A DNA stretch of 62,936 bases, the filler included, from Octopus bimaculoides (Eukaryota): NCBI RefSeq assembly GCF_001194135.2. It is 7 parts of 5 records of this genome, joined end to end, with 100 filler letters (N's around TTAATTAATTAA, not from the genome) between each part and the next. Parts side by side here need not be neighbours in the genome. Positions count along the whole stretch, not along the records: positions 29,255 to 44,649 come from NC_068991.1; positions 44,750 to 54,287 come from NC_068984.1; 5 more parts are not named here. One strand, given 5' to 3'. The translations under genes and the position numbers were made by a program. How positions within the stretch are numbered: the stretch's first letter is position 1; each line of letters starts with the position of its first letter. Under the pieces are notes generated by a model, which did no database searches, had not been told where the DNA came from, and saw nothing but the letters and a program-made list of their open reading frames with translations. Positions 36,754-48,907 of the stretch are shown here, piece by piece.

Positions 36754-38114
36754 CGATTACATCTACTCGCACGCATACACCACAGTTGTTTCACATTCAT
36801 GTTGAATTATGCAGCAATCTTACGTTCTCTTCATACAACACTTGTAATGTATGTATTACCAGTTCTTTTGGTATAGTAGATTTTTTGCTATTCTTGTTTA
36901 TGTCTCCTCACAGACGTGTATATTCTAACAAGTTGCTTCTTAAATTTCGCATCTCTCTTGTTCAATAAACACTGAGTTGCAAAGCTGTTTATTTTCCCCT
37001 TTTGATTTTTAATGTTTATTTTAGTGGGTTACCAAACTATCACTTTGGTCTCCCAGCTAAAATGATAATGATAAATTTTAAAGTTTGCTTGACATTTTGT
37101 AAGTGTGAAAGGGATTAAAATTTCAATACTCCATATCAAATGTTCCAACAAGAATAGGCAGAAAATCAGAGTTTGAGACAAGAAGACACTTTCGACCAAT
37201 CAGAATTCTGTTTACATATTCAGTTTGATCGGTCACGTTCCTCTGTCAGTTGAGTAAAGTGTCATCCAAGCTGATGTTTATTGGTAATTAAACTTAATTT
37301 GCAACACCTGGGAAGATTTATCAGCTTTGTTTTTATTGATAATTCTTATCAACAACTTTTCCTGTGATTTGAGAAGACATACAGCAGCATGCTAAAGATT
37401 GGACATAATCTTTTGTGGGTAACAAATGTAAAATAAAGTTTATTATAAACAATACAAACATTTTGTAATTTAATAGTTTTTAATGTGACACCTGTTAAAT
37501 AGAAATTATCTTTATTTAATGAAAATTTAATAAAATCTAATCATAAGTAAGTGAAATTAAGTTAAATACAACTAAATTGAAAACCTTTTTCCCCTGGCCA
37601 TATCAGCAATTCTGAAAACTTTTTGGTGTGAATTTTACATGAGTAGAAGCATTTTTTAACAATTTTTTTCCTGAGAATCACCTGCATAAATTACACAGGT
37701 GCACAAATTACATAGGTTTTTACGAGAACTGAAACAAAGGCAATATATTTCAACAGAAATATAGTAACAAAGGGGTTACCATATTGGTCATTATTCATCT
37801 GGTATCTGCAGCAATTTTGTTGGAAGGTTTTAATTTAGATCACTTCAAAAAAAAATTTGTATCATACAATCAAGGGCAGTCACAGACAAGTTGGTGTCAA
37901 AAAGATTAATCATTCATTTACAAGCTGGCCACTGAGCAGGGCAGTTGGTCAGAATAAACTCCAAAATTCCAATCAGGAAGTGAACACTCAAACATACACA
38001 TACATATATACATACATATATACACGTATGCTTGCATATGTACACACTCACATACATGCTTACAGGTACATGTAGATACATACACGCATACAAACACAAA
38101 CATATAACCCTCCC

Positions 38115-38155
<41 letters not shown>

Positions 38156-38176
38156 CTAATTTGAAAACTTACCTAC

Positions 38177-38295
38177 CTAACATGGACAGCAATAACAGAA
38201 AGGTGCAGAGTAATGTTGGGAGGCTGAGGAATGATGGAAACATAAAGGTGAACAGTTTGAGAAACCTTTTCACAAACAGAAGATCAAACTGGAGC
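38177..38295 (-). CDS. ABCD4: ABCD4 (lysosomal cobalamin ABC transporter) exon equivalent to vertebrate exon 2
   Basis: ctaatttgcag| ... |gtaggt; 119 nt, phase 2 to 1. RLQFDLLFVKRFLKLFTFMFPSFLSLPTLLCTFLLLLSML aligns without gaps to human [40 protein letters not shown] (recalled). Size and phases match my recollection of human exon 2. Confidence 0.85.
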
Positions 38296-38964
38296 CTGCA
38301 AATTAGATTAAATTTTGAAATATTAATACTTTTGACAAAATAAAATAAATCAGATTTTTTCATAGTTATATTCCTCATATTTCCTTAGATTTCAAAATCA
38401 AAATCATTGATAGTAGAATTACATTGATACAAATATTTATATATTATATTTTGATACATAAATCAATTAAGTCTATCAGCAGGAGGAGCAGCAGCATTGT
38501 TTAAACTCTACTCGCAAGGGTCAGATGACTGTATGTTAGGGTAAAGTTTTCTATGGTCAAATGCCCTTCCATAGTTTTATCAAATGACAAACTGCCTGGA
38601 CATGTTTACATAAAGAACTGAAAACAAACGATACCTTATAAATGAGTCTTCTGCCTAACAAAGATTGCACAATATGTCAAGAAGCCCAGACATGCTTTCA
38701 TGATGGGCTACAAGCAAGTAACTCTCAGTAAGGCTACTGTTTAAAACTAGCAAACATATTTGATGACAAGAGACTGAGCAAACACAAAGGGGTCATTAGT
38801 CGTTCTCAAGTTTGATATCTTTACAGAATGTATGCCAAAGAAAGCAAAAAATTGGAAAGTTATCCTGAATTGGGTGACATTTTAGGGCAAGCAAAATTAT
38901 CTTAAGTTTGTTCACACATTGTTGACATAGTTGTTTATGGTTAAGTGAACATCTTCAGACTTAC

Positions 38965-38984
38965 CGCTCATGATTTATACTAAG
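38965..38984 (-). CDS. ABCD4: ABCD4 putative 20-nt micro-exon (LSINHER)
   Basis: Strong acceptor tttttatattttactgacag| and donor |gtaagt; phase 0 to 2. The terminal CG plus the first G of the next exon forms the Arg codon at the junction. Confidence 0.6.
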
Positions 38985-39663
38985 CTGTCAGTAAAATATA
39001 AAAATATTGCAAGATAGATTAACCTTAAAAATGGAATGCAAAGTAACAATATAATAACAATATAATAATAATGGTTTCAAAATTTGGCACAAGATCAGCA
39101 ATTTTGGGAAGATGGTATTAATCAATTATATCAACTCCTGGCACTTTATTTTATCAATGATAAAGGGATGAAAGGCAAAACTGACTTCAGTAGTTTTTGA
39201 ACTCATAACAAAAAGAGTCAGAAGAAATGCTACTAAACATTTTGCCGATGCCACCACCAACACTGCCGACCATGATGACACTGATACTGACAGACACCCA
39301 CACCAACAGTTAGTGCAGTCATTAGCATATCAGATAGATTGCATTGTGGTAATTGTTCAGGTTGGTAGTGGTGATGGTGGTGGTGGTGAAGGTTAAATAA
39401 TGTCAACTGACTGAAAATAAGCAAAGGTGAAGAGTGGCCTTATCTTATCAAATATTGATATGATGATATGATGGTACTTGACATAGGTCAAAATAATTTT
39501 TTCCCTTTCAGAGTCTTATTTAAACAAGCTATATCTTCCTCAAACTAGATAAAGCAATCTAAATATACTAGCAACTACATTTAGTTTTGAAAGTTAATGC
39601 AATATGAGTAAAAGTAATATCCTGAGCTTCTTCAAATATCAATATTATCATACAATGGTTTAA

Positions 39664-39919
39664 CCCTTTAGCATTCAGATTACTCTGTCAAATGTAATGC
39701 TATTCAAATTGTTTTGAATTAATCATGCATTATCTCTGTCAAATGTAATGCTTATCTATTCAAATTGTTTTGAATTAATCATGCATTATCTCATAGCTTT
39801 TCAGATTTCAATGATGTAATTGTTATTTTCAGAATGACATTGTAAGTGTGGGAAGCCAGTTTGAAAATAAAACAAGTAGAATATATGACTCAGAAAAGGC
39901 TGGTTTGAATGCTAAAGGG
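39664..39919. mobile_element. piggyBac-like MITE with TTAA target duplication
   Basis: TTAA|ccctttagcattca ... tgaatgctaaaggg|TTAA; internal ~70-bp tandem duplication. Confidence 0.85.
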
Positions 39920-40073
39920 TTAATAAGTTCCCGCACTCTTCACTTTCTCCTACTTCCATCATCTTTGAAAAGAGAGGGTTTTTTTTTTTATCTGAAATTC
40001 ATTGTATCATTGTTCTTAAAATATCTACATCAACGAATGTTCCATAAGGTTTAAACTGTTTTTATTCTTTTAC

Positions 40074-40103
40074 TTGCCTGTCATTAAAATCTTTGCTTTC
40101 CAT
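40074..40103 (-). CDS. ABCD4: ABCD4 putative first coding exon (exon 40074/40078-40107), MESKDFNDR(Q)
   Basis: Minus strand: tttattttcccgaacccag|aaggATG GAA AGC AAA GAT TTT AAT GAC AG|GCAA|GTAAAA. Both donors give an open frame into the downstream ABCD4 exons. The assignment is inferred from phase, not from homology. Confidence 0.55.
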
Positions 40104-40205
40104 CCTTCTGGGTTCGGGAAAATAAAGTATTAATGAAGTATTAGGGTTGATAGTAACCCCTCTCCTAAGATTTTAGTTGTGCTTATATTTGAAACAGTTA
40201 TTATA

Positions 40206-40790
40206 AGTGGAGGGCAAAAGTGATGATGTTTTTAGGAAAAATCGGGGTGTCACTGGAAATCAACTGGCAAGTCTGTTTCAGAGGACTCTTGGGTCTGGGC
40301 CCATGGATAATATCCAGAAATTCTCAGCCTGGTATGGCCACCAGGGAGCATTGCTGGTTCAAGATAAACCCTACTGCTATGGAAGTACTGCCAGCTGGGT
40401 CTCTCCAAGATACAGGCAGAATAATGAAATTGTTCTGCATGCAGTCATCCAGTGCTTGAGCATTACTGACTTATAGAGTTATGTCAAATACTTACTGTCA
40501 TATGTGCAGCAAATCCAGCTGTTAGCAGAGTCCATTGTGAAGATCATTTTGCTGCCCAGTGTCTGACCACTGCTGACTTGTGAAATTATGTCAAACGCTT
40601 GTAATCATATGTGCAGCAGCTCCAGCAATTAGCTGGGTCCATGGTGAAGATCATCCTGCTGTCTTATTTTAGCTGGGAAGGACAGGAAGACTTTATCTGA
40701 CAAAAGAGGTTGTGTAGTGGAGAAGATTGAAAGGGCTGAAGACAGAAACTTTCCTCTTTGGCCAAGCCCTTGTCAACTTTCTCAAACTTC
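40206..40790 (+). mobile_element. Degraded Tx1-clade LINE fragment, same family as 1824-2173
   Basis: EGKSDDVFRKNRGV...GSGPMDNIQKFSAW...IVLHAVIQC aligns with the first copy; carries an internal ~105-bp duplication. Confidence 0.75.
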
Positions 40791-40889
40791 ACTAGTTCAA
40801 TGCACTGGAGCACTATTATAAGTTGATTTGTGTTGAAAATCATAGTCATGAAGAGGACTATTTTTGCTTTATCTATCTATCTATCTATC

Positions 40890-40921
<32 letters not shown>

Positions 40922-41158
40922 CCTCTGCTTCTCTGTCTGTTCCCAATGCATTCTCAAATGGCTCAACCAAATCAAATCAAATTTTACATGGTAATACTAT
41001 CAGACCCCATAAGTGTCAACATGTAATGTTTTTGGATTAAAACAATGCAATATCGGCACAGGTTCCATATTACGTGTCAAAACTCAGAATAAAAATGAAA
41101 GAATAACATCTACATTGTAATGTGATATACTGTTTCACTTTTAATTCTGACAAGAATG

Positions 41159-41570
41159 TCACATTTCGTATATGACTGTGTATGTCTGTGAATGTATGTG
41201 TGTGAGTGCATGAGTGTGTATATGTCTCACAGTATGTGTGTGCCTTTCTATGTCAGGTATGTTATTAAACACGCTATGTTTCACTTTCATACTTTTACTT
41301 TTAATTCTAACCACGATGGTGATATGTGTCAGTGTAGGAGTGTGTATAGGTCTCATAGTATGTGAGTCTTTCTGCATTAGGTACGTTATTAAATACATTA
41401 TATGTATGTGAGGGCTGGTTAACCACAATGACGATGACGTTACATTTTGTATATGACTATGTATCTGTGAGTGAATGTATGTGTGTGAGTGTATGAGTGT
41501 GTATATGTCTCACAGTATGTGTGTGTCTTTCCACGTTAGGTACATTATTAAACACACTATATGTGAGAGC
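41159..41570. repeat. Tandem duplication (~280-bp spacing) of a TG-rich unit
   Basis: acattt(c/t)gtatatgact...gtctcacagtatgtgtgtg...ttattaaacac occurs at about 41161 and 41441. Confidence 0.8.
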
Positions 41571-41859
41571 TGGTCAGTGTCAATATGAAATTTTATTTTC
41601 ATTTCCATTAAAACAATATAACATTTCATAGACTTTCTATTTACGGAAATATACTTGCATAGCAAGTGACTTGATCTGAGAAGCAAGTGCTCAGAACATG
41701 TATANNNNNNNNNNATATATATATATATATATGATTAATCAAAGGACATACTAAGTACACACACTATAAAAAATACAATATTTTTCTTTCTTCTCATAAA
41801 TTAAATTATTATTTCAAGTCTCGCAATCAAACGATATATCTATGTTACTAGACTAAAGG

Positions 41860-42040
41860 AGAGCTATACAAACCCATATTTTCTGGGTGCGCAATGATCA
41901 TGATAAGATCTTTCACACGTTGCTAAGATCTAACCGGAAGCGGGGAGGGGGAAGAACTAAACCCATTTTCTGCTCCGTCCTATATGGAACATGTCATGTG
42001 TGCGCCAACAGACCACGCTCGTATGATTAGACTAATATCC
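41860..42040 (-). promoter_or_regulatory. Putative ABCD4 promoter / non-coding first exon
   Basis: Locally CpG-rich patch with an ETS-type CCGGAAG (41934-41940) and a G-rich tract, about 1.8 kb upstream of the ATG exon, which has its own acceptor and so needs an upstream exon. Confidence 0.45.
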
Positions 42041-42054
42041 CATCATAACACTAT

Positions 42055-42635
42055 CTATGAAAATCCTCCATGCATACAAACATAAATACAGACACACATA
42101 TCAGTACATAAACATACATTTACACGTACATACACATATACACACATGCAGACACACATATGTAAATGCTCACATACATACATACAGATGTATTTGCATA
42201 TATGCATGCATTTGCATTTACACAAACGTACATACCTGTATGCATACACACACACATATAGACACACACATACATACACACACACACACACATGCATATA
42301 CACACACACACACAACTTGAACAGACACATATCAGTACATAAACATACATTTACATGTACATATACACACACGCAGGCACGTCTACACACTTACATATGT
42401 AAATGCTCACATACATGCATGCATGCGCATTTACACACATACATACATACACACACATACATGCATACATACACACATACATACACACATACATAAACAT
42501 ACATACACACATGCACATACAACTTGAACAGACACACATATAAATACATAAACATACATTTACATGTACATATACATATACACACATGCAGGCACATCTG
42601 CACACTTACATACGCAAATACTCACATACATACAT
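42055..42635. repeat. Three-unit higher-order repeat built from CA/CATA microsatellite
   Basis: Anchor cagacac(ac)at...tacataaacatacatttac at about 42079, 42321, 42529. Confidence 0.8.
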
Positions 42636-43915
42636 GATGATGATGGCCATCCACTTGTGACTGAAGAAGACCATTGCTGACCTTTAGGAACATTGTGCAC
42701 TCTAGGACTAACTTACATTTTGCCTTTGGAGCTCTGTTGGTGGCTAATGAGCCCTGCTCTTGACAAGCATACACAACTGCAAACCAAGCTTTCCCCATTC
42801 ACTACACTAGCAGTGTGCTTTTGAGCAGCACGCTTAAATTCTTCATGCAGAATACATGCTCTCTCAAAGGTGCCGACCCCTTTCTCAACCTGCTTCTTCC
42901 ATCTGTGGTGACGACAAGCATTGTTCTCCCAGTCAGTCTCCTGCATATCGCAGGCCTTTAATGAGGACTTGACACAGTTCTTAAATTGTAGCCTTGGTTT
43001 CCTGCTGGGGTCTCTTTCCACTAACAAGTTCCCCATATAGTATTTGTTTAGGGATCCTGCTATCCTTCATTCTAATAAGGTGTCCAGTCCAACGTAACCA
43101 GTGCTTGTGTACCATTGTCTCAATACTCAAGATATCAGCTTTCCTCAGAACCTGTGTGTCTGGAGTTTTTAAGGTCCAGCCAACATACAGAATGTGTCTC
43201 AGACATCTTTAATGAAAGTGTTCACAGACCTTTATATGACGTTTGTAAAAAGGTCCATGTCTTACATGAACAAAGGAGCGATGTCAGTATGCATGCACGA
43301 CACACAGCAATTTTTGTTTGCCCTGTGATGCCATGCTGGAATCAGACACAAGATTGAAGAGACCAGAAGGAATCAGTTACTCTCTGCAGCCTGAAAAATA
43401 GTTCATCATCCAGGGAGCAAGAACGACTTAATGTACTGCCCTGGTAGACAAACTTGTCTACCACTTTCAGTATTGTTCCTTCAACCAAGATAGTTGGTTC
43501 CACATATGGATTTCGTGGTGCAGGCTGGAATATTACAACAGTCTTGTCCAAGCTGATGCTGAGTCCAAATGCCTTGCTAGAAGCAGAAATGCAATTCATG
43601 AGTATTTGCATGCCATCCACTGTATGAGTGACTAAGTCACAGTCAGCTGCATAAAGGAGGTCATGAATAAGAGACTTGAAAACATTTGAATTGGCAACAA
43701 ATCAGCACAGATTCAAGAGGCAGCCAGAAGATCGATATCTGACATAAATTCCCAGAGAGCTACCCTTAGCAAAAGCATGAGTAAAAGCAGCAACAAAGTA
43801 CAAAGAAAAGAGAGTTGGGGCAAAGATGTCACCCTACTTGACACCATTCTCTACAGGAATGGGTCCCACCATACCACCAGCAATATTAAGCCAAACCTTC
43901 ATCCCATCAAGTAAT
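42636..43915 (-). mobile_element. Degraded RTE-BovB-like LINE 3' portion with (CAT)n tail
   Basis: GVK*GDIFAPTLF...DLLYAADCDL...SKAFGLSISLDKTVVIFQPAP...VVDKFVYQGSTLS. Confidence 0.88.
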
Positions 43916-44239
43916 GATTTAATTATAGATATAAAGTGATACATTTTGGATTACTATTATAAGTGAATACACCTCAGTAGCAGAAAAAGCTTTATCCATT
44001 TTGATGCAGTTTTTCACATCATATTTATGTAAGTTGGGATTTTCAACCCTCAATAACATCAAACCCCAAAAAAGAGGGAGGCTCCGTTGTAGTGAAGAAG
44101 AAATGAGGGTTTGTCTTTCTCAAATACGTCCCAATATTGAAAACGTTTCTAAAAAGCATCAAGTGCATGTTTGTCATTGATAACTTTCCTTCATATATCG
44201 AATAATGAGTAGGTACATGCAATTTTTCTGTATTCTTAA

Positions 44240-44649
44240 TCTATATCTATACTATATATAAAACAGAGGTGTGTGTGTAATCGCTTTTCACATGAAAACG
44301 GCTTCACTATTTACTTCCATACTTGTGATACATATCTATACTATATATAAAACAGAGGTGTGTGTGTAATCGCTTTTCACGTGAAAACGGCTTCACTATT
44401 TACTTCCATACTTGTGATACATAAATAATTTGACCTTGGATAAATCTTAGGCTCTTCATTTGATTTTTTTTATCTCTAATTAAAAATAAATAATATTGCT
44501 TTATATTTAAGATTCACTTCTTTAAAAAGGTTTCTCAATGTCAACTTCCGGTACGGACGTGAAAAAACGGCGACATCTCTCACTCTCTACTTTTAATATT
44601 CGCTTTCTGTAAACAACTACGATCAATTAGTGAAACACATATTTACGAA
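44240..44649 (+). mobile_element. Helitron-type 5' end with a tandem duplication of its first ~95 bp
   Basis: TCTATACTATATATAAAACAGAGG occurs twice; homologous to 20560-20942. Confidence 0.7.
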
Positions 44650-44749
44650 NNNNNNNNNNNNNNNNNNNNNNNNNNNNNNNNNNNNNNNNNNNNTTAATTA
44701 ATTAANNNNNNNNNNNNNNNNNNNNNNNNNNNNNNNNNNNNNNNNNNNN

Positions 44750-44932
44750 TGCCCACAAGGGGCTACACACAGAGGGGACAAACAAGGACAGACTAACGGA
44801 TTAAGTCGATTATATCGACCCCAGTGCATAACTGGTACTTAATTTATCGACCCTGAAAGGCAAAGTCGACCTCGGCGGAATTTGAACTCAGAACATAACG
44901 GCAGACGAAATACCGTTAAGCATTTCGCCGCC
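44750..44932 (-). mobile_element. SINE family A
   Basis: Matches the other family A copies. Confidence 0.85.
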
Positions 44933-45719
44933 TTAATTGTAAACTTATTCGGTATGTATCATAATTGACAAGCTGATGCAAAAGTGTAAAAGCCGGAATC
45001 GTTCTGGTGAAAGACGAACCCTTCCTTAAAACTGTTACTGTTTCATGAAGTGCATAATAATTAGTGCGAACCATAAATTTTCATTTAAGCCCTTCTAACA
45101 GTTCCAACGCAACGAAGTCTACCGAAATGAAAAGGGATTTTTTTAATATAAAATCAGAGGAATTAAAATTTAAATGTTAAGTTTGAGATATATTTTAAAC
45201 CCAGTTGCAATTTTAAAACAACAAAACTTACCGAATTATAAAATATTTTTTTCCTACAAAGTCTTGTATTACGCTATGTTCAAAGTATACGACGTGACTT
45301 AGGTTAGGCCTAGCCTAATTAAGCTACTTGTGACCACTCCTACTCCTTCGGTGCACCTAAATCTTTAACCCTCGTTACCCATGACATCAGTCCTCTGACA
45401 TTCTTCACTAACCTGAAATGTCTTTAATTTCTTTGCACCGGAGAACAACCTTCACTTGTATCAAAATTAGGACTTAAATTCTTAAATATGTTTACTAACC
45501 ATGAACATCGAATTTAAATTTTAATCCAATGGGGGTCTTACTTCGTGCCCAGTAATTAATTATATAAAGCTTAATTTTTTTAAAATTTATATCCACATGA
45601 TTTGAAAAAGGTGTTCAAGTCGGTTCCACGGTTCGCACATGAATCATAAAAGAGCCATAATTCACCAAAATGAGATTTGGCGGTTCCTACTCAGCTGTTT
45701 ACTTGGAATGATAATACTC

Positions 45720-45935
45720 AAAGGCGGCGAGCTGGCAGAAACTTTAGCAGGCCGGGCGAAATGCATAGCGGTATTTCGTCAGTCTTTACGCTCTGAGTTC
45801 AATTTCCGTCGAGGTCGACTGCCTTTCATCCTTTCGGAGTCGATAAATTAAGTACCATTTGCGTACTGAGGTTGATCTAATCGACTGGCCTCCCCTCCCT
45901 ACAAATTTCGGGCCTTGTGCCTAGAGTAGAAAAGG
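45720..45935 (+). mobile_element. SINE family A
   Basis: Full head-to-tail copy. Confidence 0.9.
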
Positions 45936-46156
45936 AACCATAATACTCAAAAATGTAATATGCTTCTTTTCTCTCTCTCTCTCTCCAGTAAGCGTTAGTA
46001 TGCCTGTGGTGGTTGAGAAGCTCACTTTGTAACCACGTAGTTTCGGGTTCAGTTCTCTAGCGCGTCATAATAGGGCAAGTGTCTTTTATTATAGCTCCGG
46101 ACCAATCAAAACCTTGTTAATGGATTTGGTAGACGGAAATTGTATGAAGGCGCGTC

Positions 46157-46196
<40 letters not shown>

Positions 46197-46646
46197 NNNN
46201 NNNNNNNNNNNNNNNNNNNNNNNNNNNNNNNNNNNNNNNNNNNNNNNNNNNNNNNNNNNNNNNNNNNNNNNNNNNNNNNNNNNNNNNNNNNNNNNNNNNN
46301 NNNNNNNNNNNNNNNNNNNNNNNNNNNNNNNNNNNNNNNNNNNNNNNNNNNNNGTCGACCTCGGAGGAATTTGAACTCAGAATGTAAAGACAGACGAATA
46401 TATATATATATATATATATATATAATACAAATAATATGTGAGTATATGCATATATACGTACATGTATGTACATACCTACATCTACATGAATATATAGATG
46501 CATATCTGGGTACAGGACGTCGCAAAAAATGGTGGACAAAATGAAAATCCAACTTCATTGGGTGTGCTGTTACGGAAGTCTGCCAACATTACCGGCAAGT
46601 ACTGGATACTCAGCTAGTATATCTATCTCTTCTCTCTCTCTCTCTC

Positions 46647-46679
<33 letters not shown>

Positions 46680-46681
<2 letters not shown>

Positions 46682-46860
46682 GAGAATATACAAATAATAA
46701 CAACAGACGAGGACAGGTGGTGTAAATAACAAAAGTATATATTAGTATGACGCTCGGGAATACGGAAAGTCTTTGACGTTTCGAGCTACGCTCTTCAACA
46801 GAAAGAATACGGAGACAAGGAGAAAAACACGGAGAAAAAAAAATGAATAGTGTTCAGTCA
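46680..46860. mobile_element. Penelope-like terminal repeat fragment (relatives near 6700, 22400, 60090)
   Basis: Shared caacagacga...acaggtggtgt and gacgtttcgagc motifs; family assignment is by resemblance only. Confidence 0.5.
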
Positions 46861-46894
46861 ACGGTCAAGACAGATAGATAGATAGATAGATAGA

Positions 46895-47241
46895 CACCGC
46901 CTTAAAAAGTTTTAGTCGAAGAAATTGACCCCAGGACTTATTCGTTGTAATCCTAGTACTTATTAGGTGTTTTGTCAAACTGCTAAGTTGCGGGGACATA
47001 AACACAACAGCATCGGTCGTCAAGCGATAGCGGCATGGGGGACAAAACAGACACACATAAATATATAAATATATATACGACGGGCTTCTTTCAGTTTCCG
47101 TCTGCGAAATCTACTCACAAGGTTTTGGTCGGCTCGAGGCTATAGCAGAAGACAATTGCCTAAGGTGTATGCAGTGGAACTGAACCTGGAACCATGTGGT
47201 TGGGAAGCAAGCTACTTACCACACAGCCATTCTTGCGCCTA
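46895..47241 (-). mobile_element. SINE family B
   Basis: Reverse complement of the 11106-11492 family. Confidence 0.85.
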
Positions 47242-48907
47242 TCATGTTACAGTATATTTTAAAGATTCTGTTAAATGTTGGTACATGGCCTGAAATTTTT
47301 AGGGCAGGATGTAAACGAGGACTACGTTAAGGGTACACGTGTCTATGGAGTACTCAGCCACTTGCACGTTAATTTCACGCGCAGGCTGTTCCGTTGATCG
47401 GATCAACTGGAACCCTCGTCGTCGTAACCGACGGAGTGCCACGATTATTGACTAGTCCTTTGGATGTATAAAAGGCAAAGTAAATCTCAACAAGATTTGA
47501 ACCCCAAATTTAATTAAATCGCCATGAATAAATACTTTTCTCTTTTTTTTTTTTTTTTTTTTACAACGGAAAGGTAAAAAGAAGAAATAGAAAAACAATA
47601 TCGAAAGATATACAAAAGTAACAAAAGTGAACTTTAAAACTCTAAGATAATAAAGATACGTTTGATAAATAGAGTCTGTTGCTGAAAGCGTTGAAATTAC
47701 CCAGAAGTTCTGAAAACGTGAAACAGCGAGATGATTAAAAGGAGGATATAATGAACGAAAGCACGTAGTACTAAGATTAAAAAACTGTTTTAATTGGTGC
47801 TACCAGTGTGTTTAACATTAGCCATTTACAACCACAATTTGTCACACGATCAAACATCGGTTGTATACGTATGTTGATGCTGATATACGCATGCGCGCAT
47901 AAATACACGCAGCACACGCACGTTTAAACGCACATAAAGTTAGCCTTATATCTTTTAAAAACATGACTGCGTGTGTGTGTGTGTGTGGTGTGAACGCGCG
48001 TGATCATACGAATGTATGAGAGTCGGCGTAAACATACATGTATATATGTTATCAGTGAAAGTCCGTGTATGCGTGTGTGTTTTAGACATTTGAGTATGAA
48101 CATGTGTGTTCATACACAATTATGTATATGTACAATGTATGTGTATATACATAAATGTATATATTCACACATTGGTGTAGATATATGAGTGTGTGTGTGT
48201 GTGTGTGTGTATACATACATTCATATTTATACCCGTATATATTATCTATAAATTTATGTAGTCACACTGACATGCGTATATGACGGGCTTTTACATGTGT
48301 ATATGACGATCCAAGCAGTGATTAGGAACGAACGAGCTTTAGATTTCTTAAAATATGTTTACGACATATTTTAACTTCTGAAGTCAAATTCACGGCAATT
48401 GCCGTGAGGAAAAAAATTCTCTCTTATAGTAAAAGGTGTAAAAGCATATCTGCTCAGCGCATCTCTCTAGCTCTAATCGCCGTTTAGCGTTGGTGCTGCT
48501 ATTTTCATCCTGATCAGACGGTCCACCATGTGCAATGGTCACAGATGTTGATTGTTCTTTAGTTAAACCTACGGCTTCGAACCTGCGCAGTGTTGTCTCT
48601 CTTCGGTATTTCTCATTGAGGAAGGTTGATGAGCCCAAAACGCGCATCTGAGAATTCGCTAGAAGGGGGAATCACTGGAGAGATATGGGTTTTACACTTT
48701 TTACCATAACACAATTTTTCTCCATGGTAACTGCCACAAATTTGCCTTTAGAAGTTAACATGTTACAAACTTATTTTAACAAACCAAAGAAAGTTCCTGC
48801 ATGTATGTATGTATGTATGTATGTATGTATGTAGGTCTCTCTCTCTCTCTCTCTCTCTCTTTCTATTCCTCACATACATACATGCATACATAGATACATA
48901 AAATATA

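Noticed and set aside
38635-38654. Possible extra ABCD4 micro-exon
   Set aside because: Weak donor (gtatcg), and it is not needed once the 38965-38984 exon is read in the LSINHER frame.
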